From contig CAJINV010000005.1 of NCBI GenBank assembly GCA_905178155.1, forward strand, positions 6,780,153 to 6,844,152: a stretch of 64,000 nt of DNA, written 5' to 3'. Below are positions 36,753-47,607 of this stretch, in pieces. The notes below the pieces were generated by a model. That model was not told the DNA's origin. It saw only the letters and a list, made by a program, of their open reading frames with translations, and searched no databases. Both the position numbers and the translations under genes were made by a program. The DNA is from Amoebophrya sp. A120 (lineage: Eukaryota; Protista; Dinoflagellata). Positions within the stretch are counted from its first letter, which is position 1, and the number at the start of each line of letters is the position of its first letter.

Positions 36753-38430
36753 TTTAGATTCAGTTTGAAATCAATAGTAGGGACAGAGGCAGTATTCACT
36801 TCAACATCAGCCTCGTCTCAGGGAGAAAGAACCGAATGTTGAAGAAGCTCGCACCGCCTCTCAGGCGCGCGGAAAACGAAAGAGCAGGTAGTTATAGTTG
36901 CGCAAGATTCCTATTCTTTGAACTCGTGATGTATGACAAAAATTTAGTTGTCGTGCAACCTTGTTGGGAGGCGGAGGAACAAAAAATTTACCACGGAAAA
37001 CAACAGGTCCTCCTACAGACAGTTGTGGACAACGAGGATCATGATCGCGACGTGGCTGCGCCATGACGAACGTAATTTCTCAAACGCGACGGGAGTGCTG
37101 CGCTTATGTCCACGCGGTCTTAAGGTAGGATTAGTGTACTAGTAGTAGCAACTTCGCTCTCGAATGAAGATGAATTGTTTGAATGTCCATGCACTGGTGG
37201 TCGCTCTTGACGGCAACAGCAGTCTCCAAGATTCACTTTCCGTCTTCTCCAGGTAACCATCTGTGCTAGCACAGAGGATCCGCGCCGTTTTATTGGCGCA
37301 TCGTACGTCTACCTACTTGAAGCGCGCAAGACGACAACAAGCGACGGCTACTTCATTACACTCCTGTGGTGGACACGAGGAATAGAAACGAAATAAAAGT
37401 GCTTGCTGAAGAGGGACGGACGAAGGGGATCTAAACGTAGACAAAGGTCCTTTTTTCGTTGAGTTTCTGTGTGCATTTTGGAGGTCTTACCGCACTAAAT
37501 GGTGACTGACGGGCTCGGAGCAGCAAAAATGCTTAGGTGACGTAGTACTATCAGAATTACTGTCAATATCTCCATTCTACTCAACACACACAGGTACTCG
37601 GGCAATCCAACAGCGAGGACGCAATTTAAGGAAGGAGTACCGCAATCGATGATCCGAGTATAGTGAATCGGCGGACAATCTTCAGAAAAGTTTTTCTCGT
37701 AACTGTATTCAGTAGTACTGGACGCGAGGTTTCACTTCAATTCGCTTCGGTGTTTGCGGTTTGTCGCTCGACGAGTCCTGGATAGGGCTCAGGAATAACC
37801 CATATTTTCAAAAGTTGTTCCAAGCACATCTTTTTTTTCATGTTATAAGTACTACTCCCAAACAAGGTCCCAAAAAGCAACATGATGAGAGATCCGGATC
37901 TTGCGGGAGAAGTACTATGTTACCATTGTCAGATGGCGGGCGGCAAAGTTGCGTGCGATGAAGTAGAATCCACCTGCTGAGGATCTTCATGATGACCTAC
38001 TAGAAACTACGATTCGTTTCTTCGTATGAATTTGGCCTCTCAGGATTATATCGAGATCCAATACAACTACAAGAAGCAACCGCGACGTCTTCTTCTTCTT
38101 CGAGATGATCCTTTGTTTGGAACAATATTAAGGACAAGTCAACAAAGCCACCGAAGGCAAAAGCCACAGCATGAAGATCTCGACCGACAGCGATTTGTGG
38201 ATAAAGATCATACTCGTAGTACAAGTCCGGGGTAGTTCATCAAGTTGTGCAGTCCAGCAGAAAGATGTCAAACTTTACAAATTTGTAAAGCGATCTTTTG
38301 CAGCAGCAGCGCACGAGGAGGACGCTTTTGAGCTTGATCCCGCCGACACCTCAAGACAGTAGAGCTCTTTCTCCTCTAAGTACGTTGGTTTAGCTCTTTT
38401 GGTTGATTAGAAAAGTCCTGAAGTTTTACT

Positions 38431-40754
38431 AGGTAGGGTTTAAGTTTACCAATCCAGATCTTGTCGTGCACTTTCTGCTTGTGCGACGCCGGCAAGCACT
38501 CTGCCGTCATTGTTCGCGACGACTCCCTCGAGATCATACTCGCATCGAGGAAGCAAGAGCAGCGCGGCGTGAAGCTCTCCCGCGGTTGCTTCTGCGGGGG
38601 GCACGACGTGTTCTCCGACTATTGCCCCGTTCACGTAATCGGGAAGTTTGTGGAGGAAGTGCAGCCGGGCGGCCGGTTGTTCCCGAGCTGCTCGTATGTC
38701 GGCACTTTGCAATACCTCCGCGACGCCTTCGCCAGTCTCGGCCTCCAGGCACATGGAAAGCCCGGGACACAGTCCCTGCGCCGGGGGGCGCTTCAGACAA
38801 TGGAATCGGTTAACCCCAACGCGGCCCAGTTGCTGTCGTTGGGGGATTGGTCGTCGTCGGCCATACAGGAATACAGGGACCTGCGACGGTCCGAGGCCAT
38901 CGCGGTCCAGAACACCTTTCTCCCGGTGGCCCGGGAAGGCGAAAGTGACTCCGACTCCGAAGCCGGTGCACCGGCAGGCGCCGGTGAAGGCGATACAGCC
39001 GCGGGCGACCCACTGGCAAATGCCGGGGTCCCGCCCGTTCCGAATTGATCTCAAGGCGTTTGCTCGAGCTCTCTCGCGGCTCCACCGACCTAAGCAAGGT
39101 GCCCGCACCTGTTCTACGCGTTCTTGATACAAAATCACCCCGTGCGCTCGCACGGTGTACCCAATGCAGCTCTTCTCGAGCTTTTAGTGCGCGCTGTTGC
39201 GCATAGGACAGCTCGCAGCTGTCGTTCCTCTCGCAGCCCGTAGTTGCTGCTCCCTCGCGCGACCCGCTTTCAGAGCGAGATTTGTGTTCGCGCGCTGAAC
39301 GCGTCTGTGCGGGATCTCCATGCGAGGTCATCGACCACGTGCACACCGAGTCGTGTGTCAGCTCGTGTGAACTTTTAGCCTTATCGATTGAGAAAGAAAA
39401 TTAAGGTAGGGTTTAAGTTTACCAATCCAGATCTTGTCGTGCACTATCTGCTTGTGCGCATATATGGATCTGGTTCGATAGAGTTGTAGGAGGATGATGA
39501 AACTTCGTCGATTCATGTTGGCGTATCGTGGTTACCTGCGTTAGCGCCTGTGGTTCGATTGGCTAAGGACAACAAAAACTGAGCAAAACAGATACTAACA
39601 TCCGGGGGCAAATGAAGGGATGTGGTATAGCAGTTTCTCGACGCATTGATAAAATACCTCCCCGGATGCCCCTGGATGACTCAATTCATTTCTCAATCAA
39701 AAAATAGCACCCTGCTTCGATTTTTTCCCCCCGAATTCAATAGCAGTCACTTTTCTGTATTTTCTTTCTAAGAGCAGTAGTTTCGTATATCCCTCTGTAA
39801 GTACTTCATAGTGGGTGCTATATCGGCGGAAGGTTGGGGATTCCGGCTCTGCCGTTGGCATGTTTTTGAATTCATAAGATTTTTCCTCTTCTTTGCAATT
39901 GGTAGCGAGGGGCTTCAAGGGGGTGGAAAGTGACGGACGAACCTTGAGAATTTCAATATCAAGGGTGAAGAGAAGAAGCATCTTATGCCCCTTCTCTTCG
40001 GAAGATATAGAGGTCGCACTTTGATAACGAAAGCAGAGGATGACCCCTAGTCCCGAAATTTCCGCTACCATGGGCATTATTTGTTGAAAAGCAGTCACGT
40101 GTCTTCAATTTGCAGGTGCCTTGCGCGCTACCTCTAGAGATAATTTCCGTCTCCTCTAATCAGATTTTGTCTCTGAAGAGGGCAGAAAGAAGACTAGCTA
40201 CGCTGGCGAGAGATCCTAACTCGTCATGATTGCTCTTTCCAAAAATGTCCGCCACTGTCGTTCCTCGCTGATGATCATGCCTTCCAAACCCCTTTTTTTA
40301 TTCAGCGAAAAGCTTTGTTTTGGGCTAGTCAGCTTGGGCGACAGGGCACAAGGAGACAGGTACAGTGACACAGCCGCCAAGACATAGCAGAGGCCAATGG
40401 AGTCGAAGACAAAATCAGTCTCTTGGGTGCCCGCTTTCTTCGCGTAGCAAGATCGTGCGCACCCTGGCTGTGTCTTCCCAAGCGTGACGCGGTGGAGCGA
40501 CTACGTACCAACGAGGACGAGGAGCCTTGGCTTGCTAAAACATCATTGCGGATGGCCCCGCATTGATGTCGGACAAGTCCCGAAGACGCATGTTGATCAC
40601 ATTGAACCGCGGTGGAGGAGGAGATGAGCAGAGACCTATCTTAATCCTCCTTGAGCACTAGGATCTGCGCTACTTCTCTTTGCTTATGGTTTATAGCGGA
40701 TCTCATACAAAAAAAATCCAGATCTTGTCGTGCACTTTCTGCTTGTGCGCATAT
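38431..40754 (+). mobile_element. Degenerate tyrosine-recombinase retroelement-like remnant (DIRS/Ngaro-like) with split direct repeats
   Basis: A ~55-bp repeat AGGTAGGGTTTAAGTTTACCAATCCAGATCTTGTCGTGCACTTTCTGCTTGTGCG occurs at 38431-38485 and 39404-39458, with a partial copy at 40715-40754. A YR fragment lies between the first two copies. Confidence 0.6.
38461..39048 (+). pseudogene. C-terminal half of a tyrosine recombinase (truncated)
   Basis: CPVH..GRLF..TQSLRRGA..LGDWSSSAIQEY matches the H-S-x-R-R-G / G-x-W-x-S / catalytic-Y pattern of DIRS-type recombinases. The N-terminal part is missing and the ORF starts inside the repeat. Confidence 0.75.
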
Positions 40755-41245
40755 TGGTGCAAGTTTGCCGTTTCCCTGTGACGGTGTGGACCGCTCTGAC
40801 TACCAGGCGCTTTCTTCCGCTCCGTAGTTGTAAGCACTTAAGTACTTATTTTTGGCCAAAATAAAGGCATTTTTGGATTCCATTTTACGTCCTTGTGAAG
40901 TACGAACAGCAACAAGTTCTTGCACGTCGGAGAAAACAAAAATGTGGGGGCAACATCATCCGCTGCAACAATTTCACCGTGCTTTTGGCCGAGCGACGGG
41001 CGTGGCTACAAAAGTGAACAATGTTACTACATGTTCTTTCAAGGCTGGGAGAATCCCGCGAAGGACCCATAGCAGCGCTGTGAATTGACCCGGACGCAAA
41101 GGATTGGAGTTGAAAAATGACGAACCTAGTGTCTACCATTGAAAGTAAATTTATAAAAGTTTTCAGATTGGAAGCAGCTAGGCTCTGCCTTTATATATTG
41201 CCACAAAAATTTACAAGTAGGAGTTAGCTTATACTTGGAACATGT

Positions 41246-41953
41246 GCACAGAACCAAGACTGTATGGGCATAACCGTTTTCGCCATGGTTGTTAAGGTTG
41301 CATATGCTTTAGGCGGTATTAGGGAGGGGCGACACACTTTCAAAACAACTATCTACTTTTATTTTTTGGCGCGCCTTGTGCCCGCCGCGATTGTCTATTA
41401 AAGTTTACCTTTGACTATTTCTGCTCGGAAGATGTAGTTTAGACGATAAGCGTTTTTCTATTTGTGGACCGAAGTAGGACGCGTGGAGGTGTAACAGGGC
41501 ATGAACTATGGCGGAATGAGATATGCTATCTCGGACTACCAAAAGTTCAAACCCTGGGCCGATCCTCTGAGTGACTTCCTTCCCGCAAATCTTTAGACTG
41601 TTTGATCCCGAACCCAGCACAAACAAGCACGAGAATAAGGATTAAGCGCAAGATCTAGAGCGAATACCCAAACAAATTGCACACCCAACCACAACACACG
41701 CGCTGAAGATCTACCACGCTGAAAACACTCTCTACACCTGAATGAGGGCGGGCGTGATGAATGTAGTGGCAACCTTTTTCGATTTTTTACAGGCTACGGG
41801 ATCGATCGTTGAGCTAGGTGCTTTCTCTATAAACATCTTATGACGATTAAATGAATTCCCGCTATGTCAATTTCGCTTTTAGTCCATCACACAGCACGCA
41901 CAGAACCAAGACCGTAAGGGCATAATCGTGTTTGGAATGGTTGTTAAGGATGC
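41246..41953 (+). repeat. Diverged ~56-bp direct repeat pair
   Basis: GCACAGAACCAAGAC(T/C)GTA..GGGCATAA..ATGGTTGTTAAGG at 41246-41301 and 41898-41953. Confidence 0.7.
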
Positions 41954-42154
41954 GTGAAAAAACATGATGACTGAACGTGAAAGCCGATGCGGTAGTAGGC
42001 AGCTCTCGGCGAGGTTTTACGAGTGAAGCAAAAAACAAAAAAGTAGGAACACAGCCAGCCAGCGAAACGAAAGCAGGGCGCAGCAGACACGAAGAGTGTT
42101 CGCCCAAGAATGATCATGGCCCGGAAATGAGAAGGAAAGTGTGATGAAAGGATA

Positions 42155-45100
42155 ATGTGTAATGCGACTCGTGAAAAGAGTTTCAATACCGTAGTCAAAG
42201 TTCTCACATTGTTCCTAAGCATTTTTGTGCCGGAGTTTTCACAAGCCTTCTCGTTAGCGAGAAGAATCTCGCTGCACGCAAGACGAGGAGGACAGTCGAA
42301 GTGGCCGCGGGAGCCAGATCTACTGCAACTTCATGAAGCTGCTGCACCTGCTAGTACAACTTCTAGTTCGCCGGACGCCAAGAGTGGTGCTCCTGGTGCC
42401 CCCTACTTCGTCACAAATAAAGAACCACTTCCGACGTCGTTCTTCGAAGACCAACAGCAGCAGATCATGGAGCAGCTGCTGGATTTTCTGCCGTTAGAGG
42501 TGTCCAACTTCCTTACCCTGAACGAGGTGAAAGAGTTGTGCAATGCGCTTCCGAGGAAGATGAAGATGATCGAGACTTCTGTGGATGATGTGGCTGGTGA
42601 AGACCACAGAGATGAAGCAGTAGTAGAGGGTCACTGCACGACACATGACAGTCATTCCAGGACAACTACGAATATTAAAACGAAAGACCAGGAGGTCTCG
42701 TCCTCTGACGTGATGGTCATCAACAGACTGCAACAGAAATTGCGAAAAGAAAGACTTTTTTACGAGAAAAACGCCCTCGTCCGGCACCTCTTACTCGTCC
42801 AACACGACCCGGTCGCGGCGTTGCTTGGTGGGGACACGTATGGAATCCAAAGATGTCCGGGTCCTCTGGAAACCTGTGATGCTGCTTCTGAATGTCACAG
42901 AAGATCTGGCATGCAAGTCCTAGTATCAATACAGGTTTATTTGAGCAGGTTTCACAATGCCTAATTCGCGTGACAAATGCCGTCTTTGGGTGGCAAGAGA
43001 TGAGCAACTTTTAATATTGCGGTCGATGCATGAGAGATTTTTGTCTGGTGTGAACAAACGCGCATCAGAAGTTTTTTTACATGTTTCCAGACCTTCTAGA
43101 CATATTTGCAAAAATGCATAACACGGCGGAAAGACTGGCGGAAATGGAGCGGGAGAAGTTCGAAAAGCTACGAAATCGCGAGAAGAATGCCGCGGAACGT
43201 GCTCTACGATTATGTCTTTTTACCAGAGAGGCCGAAAACGAAATCGGAAATGATCCTACACCGTTCATAAAACCATTTTTCCACGACGTGAATTGGTCTA
43301 TCTTGTGCAAAAGTATCGTACTCGTACTAATTCTAATTGCTTTTATGCATTACAAATCTCTTTCTCAAGGCAAATCAGCATTTACAAATTCAATTTGTAA
43401 TGCTGGGCCAATTTGTAATGCAGTTTATACTAGTACGATGCTTTTGCATTGCATATGGTTTTTCCTATACCTGGAGGAAACGCTTAACCTCCTTCTCGAG
43501 CCGGAGGCACGTATTGAAGACCTGCGTCATCTATTTTACGTATCAAGTGCAAAAGTGTCTGGGTCTGATGAAAGGGTCGTGCAAGGTTTGTCGTGCTTGT
43601 CTGGCATGACGGAAATAAAGTCTGTATTTTTGCGTGTCCAAGAAGAGACCCTTTTGCTTGTCATGCAAATAAAACGCAGTTGGTCATGCGGAAACAAAGG
43701 GAAAGCGCAACACTAAGCCCCGCAAAAAATATTTCTCATGCTTGGCTTTGCATTAATACAGACCATTCACTGATTCACATTTCAGCATTACAAGTTTTCA
43801 GACCCAGACATATTGATTGCAAGGCATATCACGGCTCCTATCATGATTCTCTCGAGCGGCGACTTGAGGTTATGCATTGCAAAGGTATCGTACTCGTATT
43901 ATTGCATTACAATTTTTCTCAGCATGAGAAGTAAAATTCGTAATGCGGATTTACCTTATGTAAAAGATTTGTAATGCATGACTGCAATTGAATTACTACG
44001 AGCGCGATACTTTTGCACTGCATACAGGTGGCGAAAGGGCAACTCCAACGGAGGGCCGAGTTGAAGCGGCGGCGAGTTTTGGCGAGGGATAAAAAAGTTC
44101 TTCTTCAGAATTATCCTATGAAAAAACGTCCCCCCCCAGAGTTGTCATGCAAATCTGCATGCTGAAAATGTTTCTCATGCGGAGCCCCATGAGAAGCATT
44201 TTCCAGTCGTGTATTGGAATTTGTCATGCTCCAATCAGCATGATATACTGGATCTGTGATGCTGCTGAGCTAGCTCAAACAGCACTACAATACGAGTCCA
44301 AATTTGTCATGCAAAACAGCCAGAGCTTGTGGATTTGTCTAGCCGAGTCCCCATCCTGACTATGGGGTAGGGACGTTTTTACATAGGATAAGAATAAGGA
44401 GAGGGAACGTACTGCCGGAGGTGCAGAGCTCAAAAGTCGACGCTCATTTTCGTGGAAGAACCAAGAGACGAACCTCCCGGGACGCGGCGTAGTACCACGA
44501 GAAGTGGAAGCAGTAGCAGATCAGCACCTTCTTCAGGGGGGAGACCACCTTCCGTCAGAAGGTAACGAAATCGATTTCAGAGGTCGTACATCTGGCGCGA
44601 CCAGAGGGAGTTGTAGTAGTTCTTACTCTCTCGTCGGTTCACACCCAGGAGGAGAAGCTGCCCGAGCTGATGTCAATGTTCCCTTTCCCCCCGGCGACGA
44701 AAACAACTACCCTTTTCGTGTCGTCGCACAAGAGTTGATGCACCTTTGTCCGGGACTGCCGCTTGGCCACGGATGCGAAAATAGAGCCGAATTGGACCTG
44801 CTGTTGGAGCAAAAAGAGCTGCTTCAGTTGCCCGGCGGACCTAGTACAACTACACAGCCGATGCTGGAAGGGTTTTGTCTGCCACGGATCACGTTGCTGC
44901 CCTGGACAGAATATCCAGTGCAAAAGTATCGCACTCGTAGTAATTGCAATTATGCATTGCAAATCTTTTTCCTAAGGTCAATCAGCATTACAAATGCTGA
45001 GGAAATTTGTAATGCAATTCATACTAGTACGATACTTTTGCAATGCATACAGAAATGTTAGTACAGCAGCCTGTAGATGATACAGATCGTAGTACTTGTG

Positions 45101-47260
45101 AAGGAGAACACGATCTGCTGGTGACGTCCGGAACAACACAACGAGACCATGATCTTCCTCCTTGTAGTACCAGTTTTATTGGGCGGCGGCCCGCGCGTGG
45201 TGGACACGCTCGTCACACACACGAATATGTGACCGGCGAAATCGCGAGCAAGATACAGAGGTTGTGCCGCCGCGCGCGGGAGCTCGACCGGAACAGTTGC
45301 GCACGGATGCTGCAGCCGAGTGACTTCGTACGAGAAAAACAGTTTCTGCACGAGGTGAAGAATCAACAATGGGTTCTTTCCGCTTGTTTATCAAATGTAA
45401 AAATGTCTGGGTCTGGAAGAATGCAAGTTTGTCATGGGTGTCTGGCATGACTCGAGAATCTGTGTTGCATAGGCACGAAAAGGTCCTCTTACCTGTCATG
45501 CAAAAACGCAGTTTGTCATGCGGAATACGTAAGACATGGGAGCCAAAAAATTTGTCATGCGTAGCTGCGTATTGCAGTCCGTCTACCATTCACTTTTAGC
45601 ATCACAAGTTTCCAGACCCAGACACTTTTACACTTTATATTGTTTTCCGCTCGCCTTGCACGACTTTTTCGACGGGGTGCGGACGAGTCTCAGGCCTGTC
45701 GTGGATAGGAAAAATGAGTTCTTGTTCCCTGCGACGAGCAAGCATCATGGTGCTGGGATGACCGCACGCTTCAACGGGTCTGCATCTTCAACATCCACTT
45801 CGACCAGCGCAGGAGGCCGTGAGGATGAGCAACGTGATGATCGTCCCTCGAGTTCTTTGCTAGAACAGATCCAGGCCTTGCTCGCATGGCAGCAGCCGCG
45901 GTCTTTTGCTACTACTAGTACAACACCAATCCCACGTCAGTCTTGGGAAGTGACCACGGAGGTATTTGAGCAAGGGCAGCCGGGTTACAGCCGACATCCG
46001 ACGGGCGAGAACAAAGGTGAAAAAGTTGTCGTCCCACTGCAGAAAATTGATCTGCTGGTCGAGGACGTGCTGGTGTCACGAACCGCGACCAGAAATAGAA
46101 CGACAAGCGACTACACCGCTGGCACTGGAAATCTTCATCCTCGTCGGAGGCAGCAGGATCATGCTGATCTTCTTGATGGTGCAGTTGAAGCAGGAGCAGA
46201 ACGAAGTAAACACGACGATGCTTTCGATCTGCTCCGCACCAAGTTGCTCACCATGTTGCAGAAGCAGATCTGGCAGTCCAGTTTCCGCTTGAGAATGGAA
46301 GATCTCTCTGTTTCAGTCGACCACGAAACGCGGTCTGTGTTTTTACACGCGGATTACAAGCATCTACTCGAGCACCCACGACACGCTGCGCGGGATCATC
46401 ATCATAATTCGCAGCCGAGACGACGACGACGACGACGAGCGGCGACCAGCAAAAATGGAGGATTATCTTCAGAAAACGAAATCGTGGACCACAGACCGTT
46501 TGAGTTAACCTACGAATTTCAATTAGAGGATTACGTCGGTAGTTTTCCTTCTACTGACGAACACCATGTTTTTGCGGAACGACAAGTAGAACGACGACCA
46601 CGACATGCTGGTCATCTTCCGAGCAGCGTCCGCGGCCGAAACAGCAGAGTGGAAGATCATGATGAAAGACGGAAGCAGAAAGAAATTGTGGAGGAATGCG
46701 CGAGGCGGAAAAAGCTGCGAGAAGAGGAGGGGGACTATGGAAGTTCTCAAACGTTATATTCTCAATTGTTACACGAATTTTGTGATGCAAAAACAGCATA
46801 TAGGGGAAGGGGCAAGCACAAGCTTGCAAGTCTCGCATCACAAATTTTGCGCAGATTTAGATGCTAACTAGCCCTTCGAGCATTTGTCATGCGAAGCAGC
46901 TTGATCGTCTAGCCCTAGCGGTAGCGGCTCAAGGTCATTTTGCATGAAGACAAATCATGTAACAGTTGAGAATGTAACATTTGAGAACGCCATAACGACT
47001 ATGCGCGCAGCATTGCGGGGCGGTTGAAGTTCAAAAAGTTGGCGATTTCCATGGCGGTTGAAGAGAGTGATTTGTCCTTGTCGAGGACAGCAAGTCGTGT
47101 AGGAGATGCGTCTACTGCTGAAGATCATGTGTCCACCGATCAGCAGGACCAGGTTTTCCACAGTGGTACAACTGCTCGACGTGTGACCACAGGAGCGCCC
47201 TCAAGAGAAGCAAAATCCAGAAAGCTGTCTTTTCGAGTCAATTTTGAAGCACCGCAGTGA
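42155..47260 (+). CDS. Putative secreted protein, family member 1 (8 IEs)
   Basis: Signal-like segment VVKVLTLFLSIFVPEFSQA. The exon segments join across 8 IEs to TGA at 47258-47260. It shares conserved blocks with the 54844-59079 gene. Confidence 0.7.
42839..43120. mobile_element. Introner element, family A (degenerate)
   Basis: Degenerate family A TIRs; DR acacg. Confidence 0.85.
43299..43455. mobile_element. Introner element, family D
   Basis: Family D TIRs; DR tggtc/tggtt. Confidence 0.88.
43541..43828. mobile_element. Introner element, family A
   Basis: Family A TIRs; DR ttacg/tcacg. Confidence 0.88.
43871..44024. mobile_element. Introner element, family D
   Basis: Family D TIRs; DR gaggt/caggt. 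Confidence 0.9.
44112..44390. mobile_element. Introner element, family B (reverse orientation relative to 5908-6186)
   Basis: Family B TIRs; DR agaat. Confidence 0.92.
44912..45049. mobile_element. Introner element, family D
   Basis: Family D TIRs; DR cagaa. Confidence 0.9.
45389..45639. mobile_element. Introner element, family A
   Basis: Family A TIRs; DR ttgtt; close copy of 20860-21110. Confidence 0.92.
46736..46994. mobile_element. Introner element, family F
   Basis: Family F TIRs; DR gggac/acgac. Confidence 0.88.
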
Positions 47261-47607
47261 TAGGATTGATAAATTTGTAAGAAATCGAATTTCACCCCCG
47301 GCGATTTTCAAATGCAATTTCAAATCCAATCCACTTCACTTCGGGGGGTGGTGGTTGGCGGTGGCCTCTTCGCATGTGGCTCACTAGACCGGGGCAGGGA
47401 ACGACGCAACGCTATGCACCACGGGCACGCGACTACCAAATGCCAGCGTGGACGCCAATCCGGGCAGGAGCACATGCCCACTAATCCACACCTATCGCTA
47501 CACAAGAGCAGCGGCCACTGGCTCCACAACTGCGACCAGTCGCAGAAACGCGCTCGGCAAAAACTTGATGATTGAAACTTCAAGAACGATGTTGTTGATC
47601 CCACAAC

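Noticed and set aside
38434-38447. TAGGGTTT as a telomeric repeat
   Set aside because: A single unit within the YR-associated repeat, not an array.
39697-40098. 133-aa minus-strand ORF between the YR-associated repeats
   Set aside because: Non-ATG start and no recognisable domain. It may be decayed element sequence.
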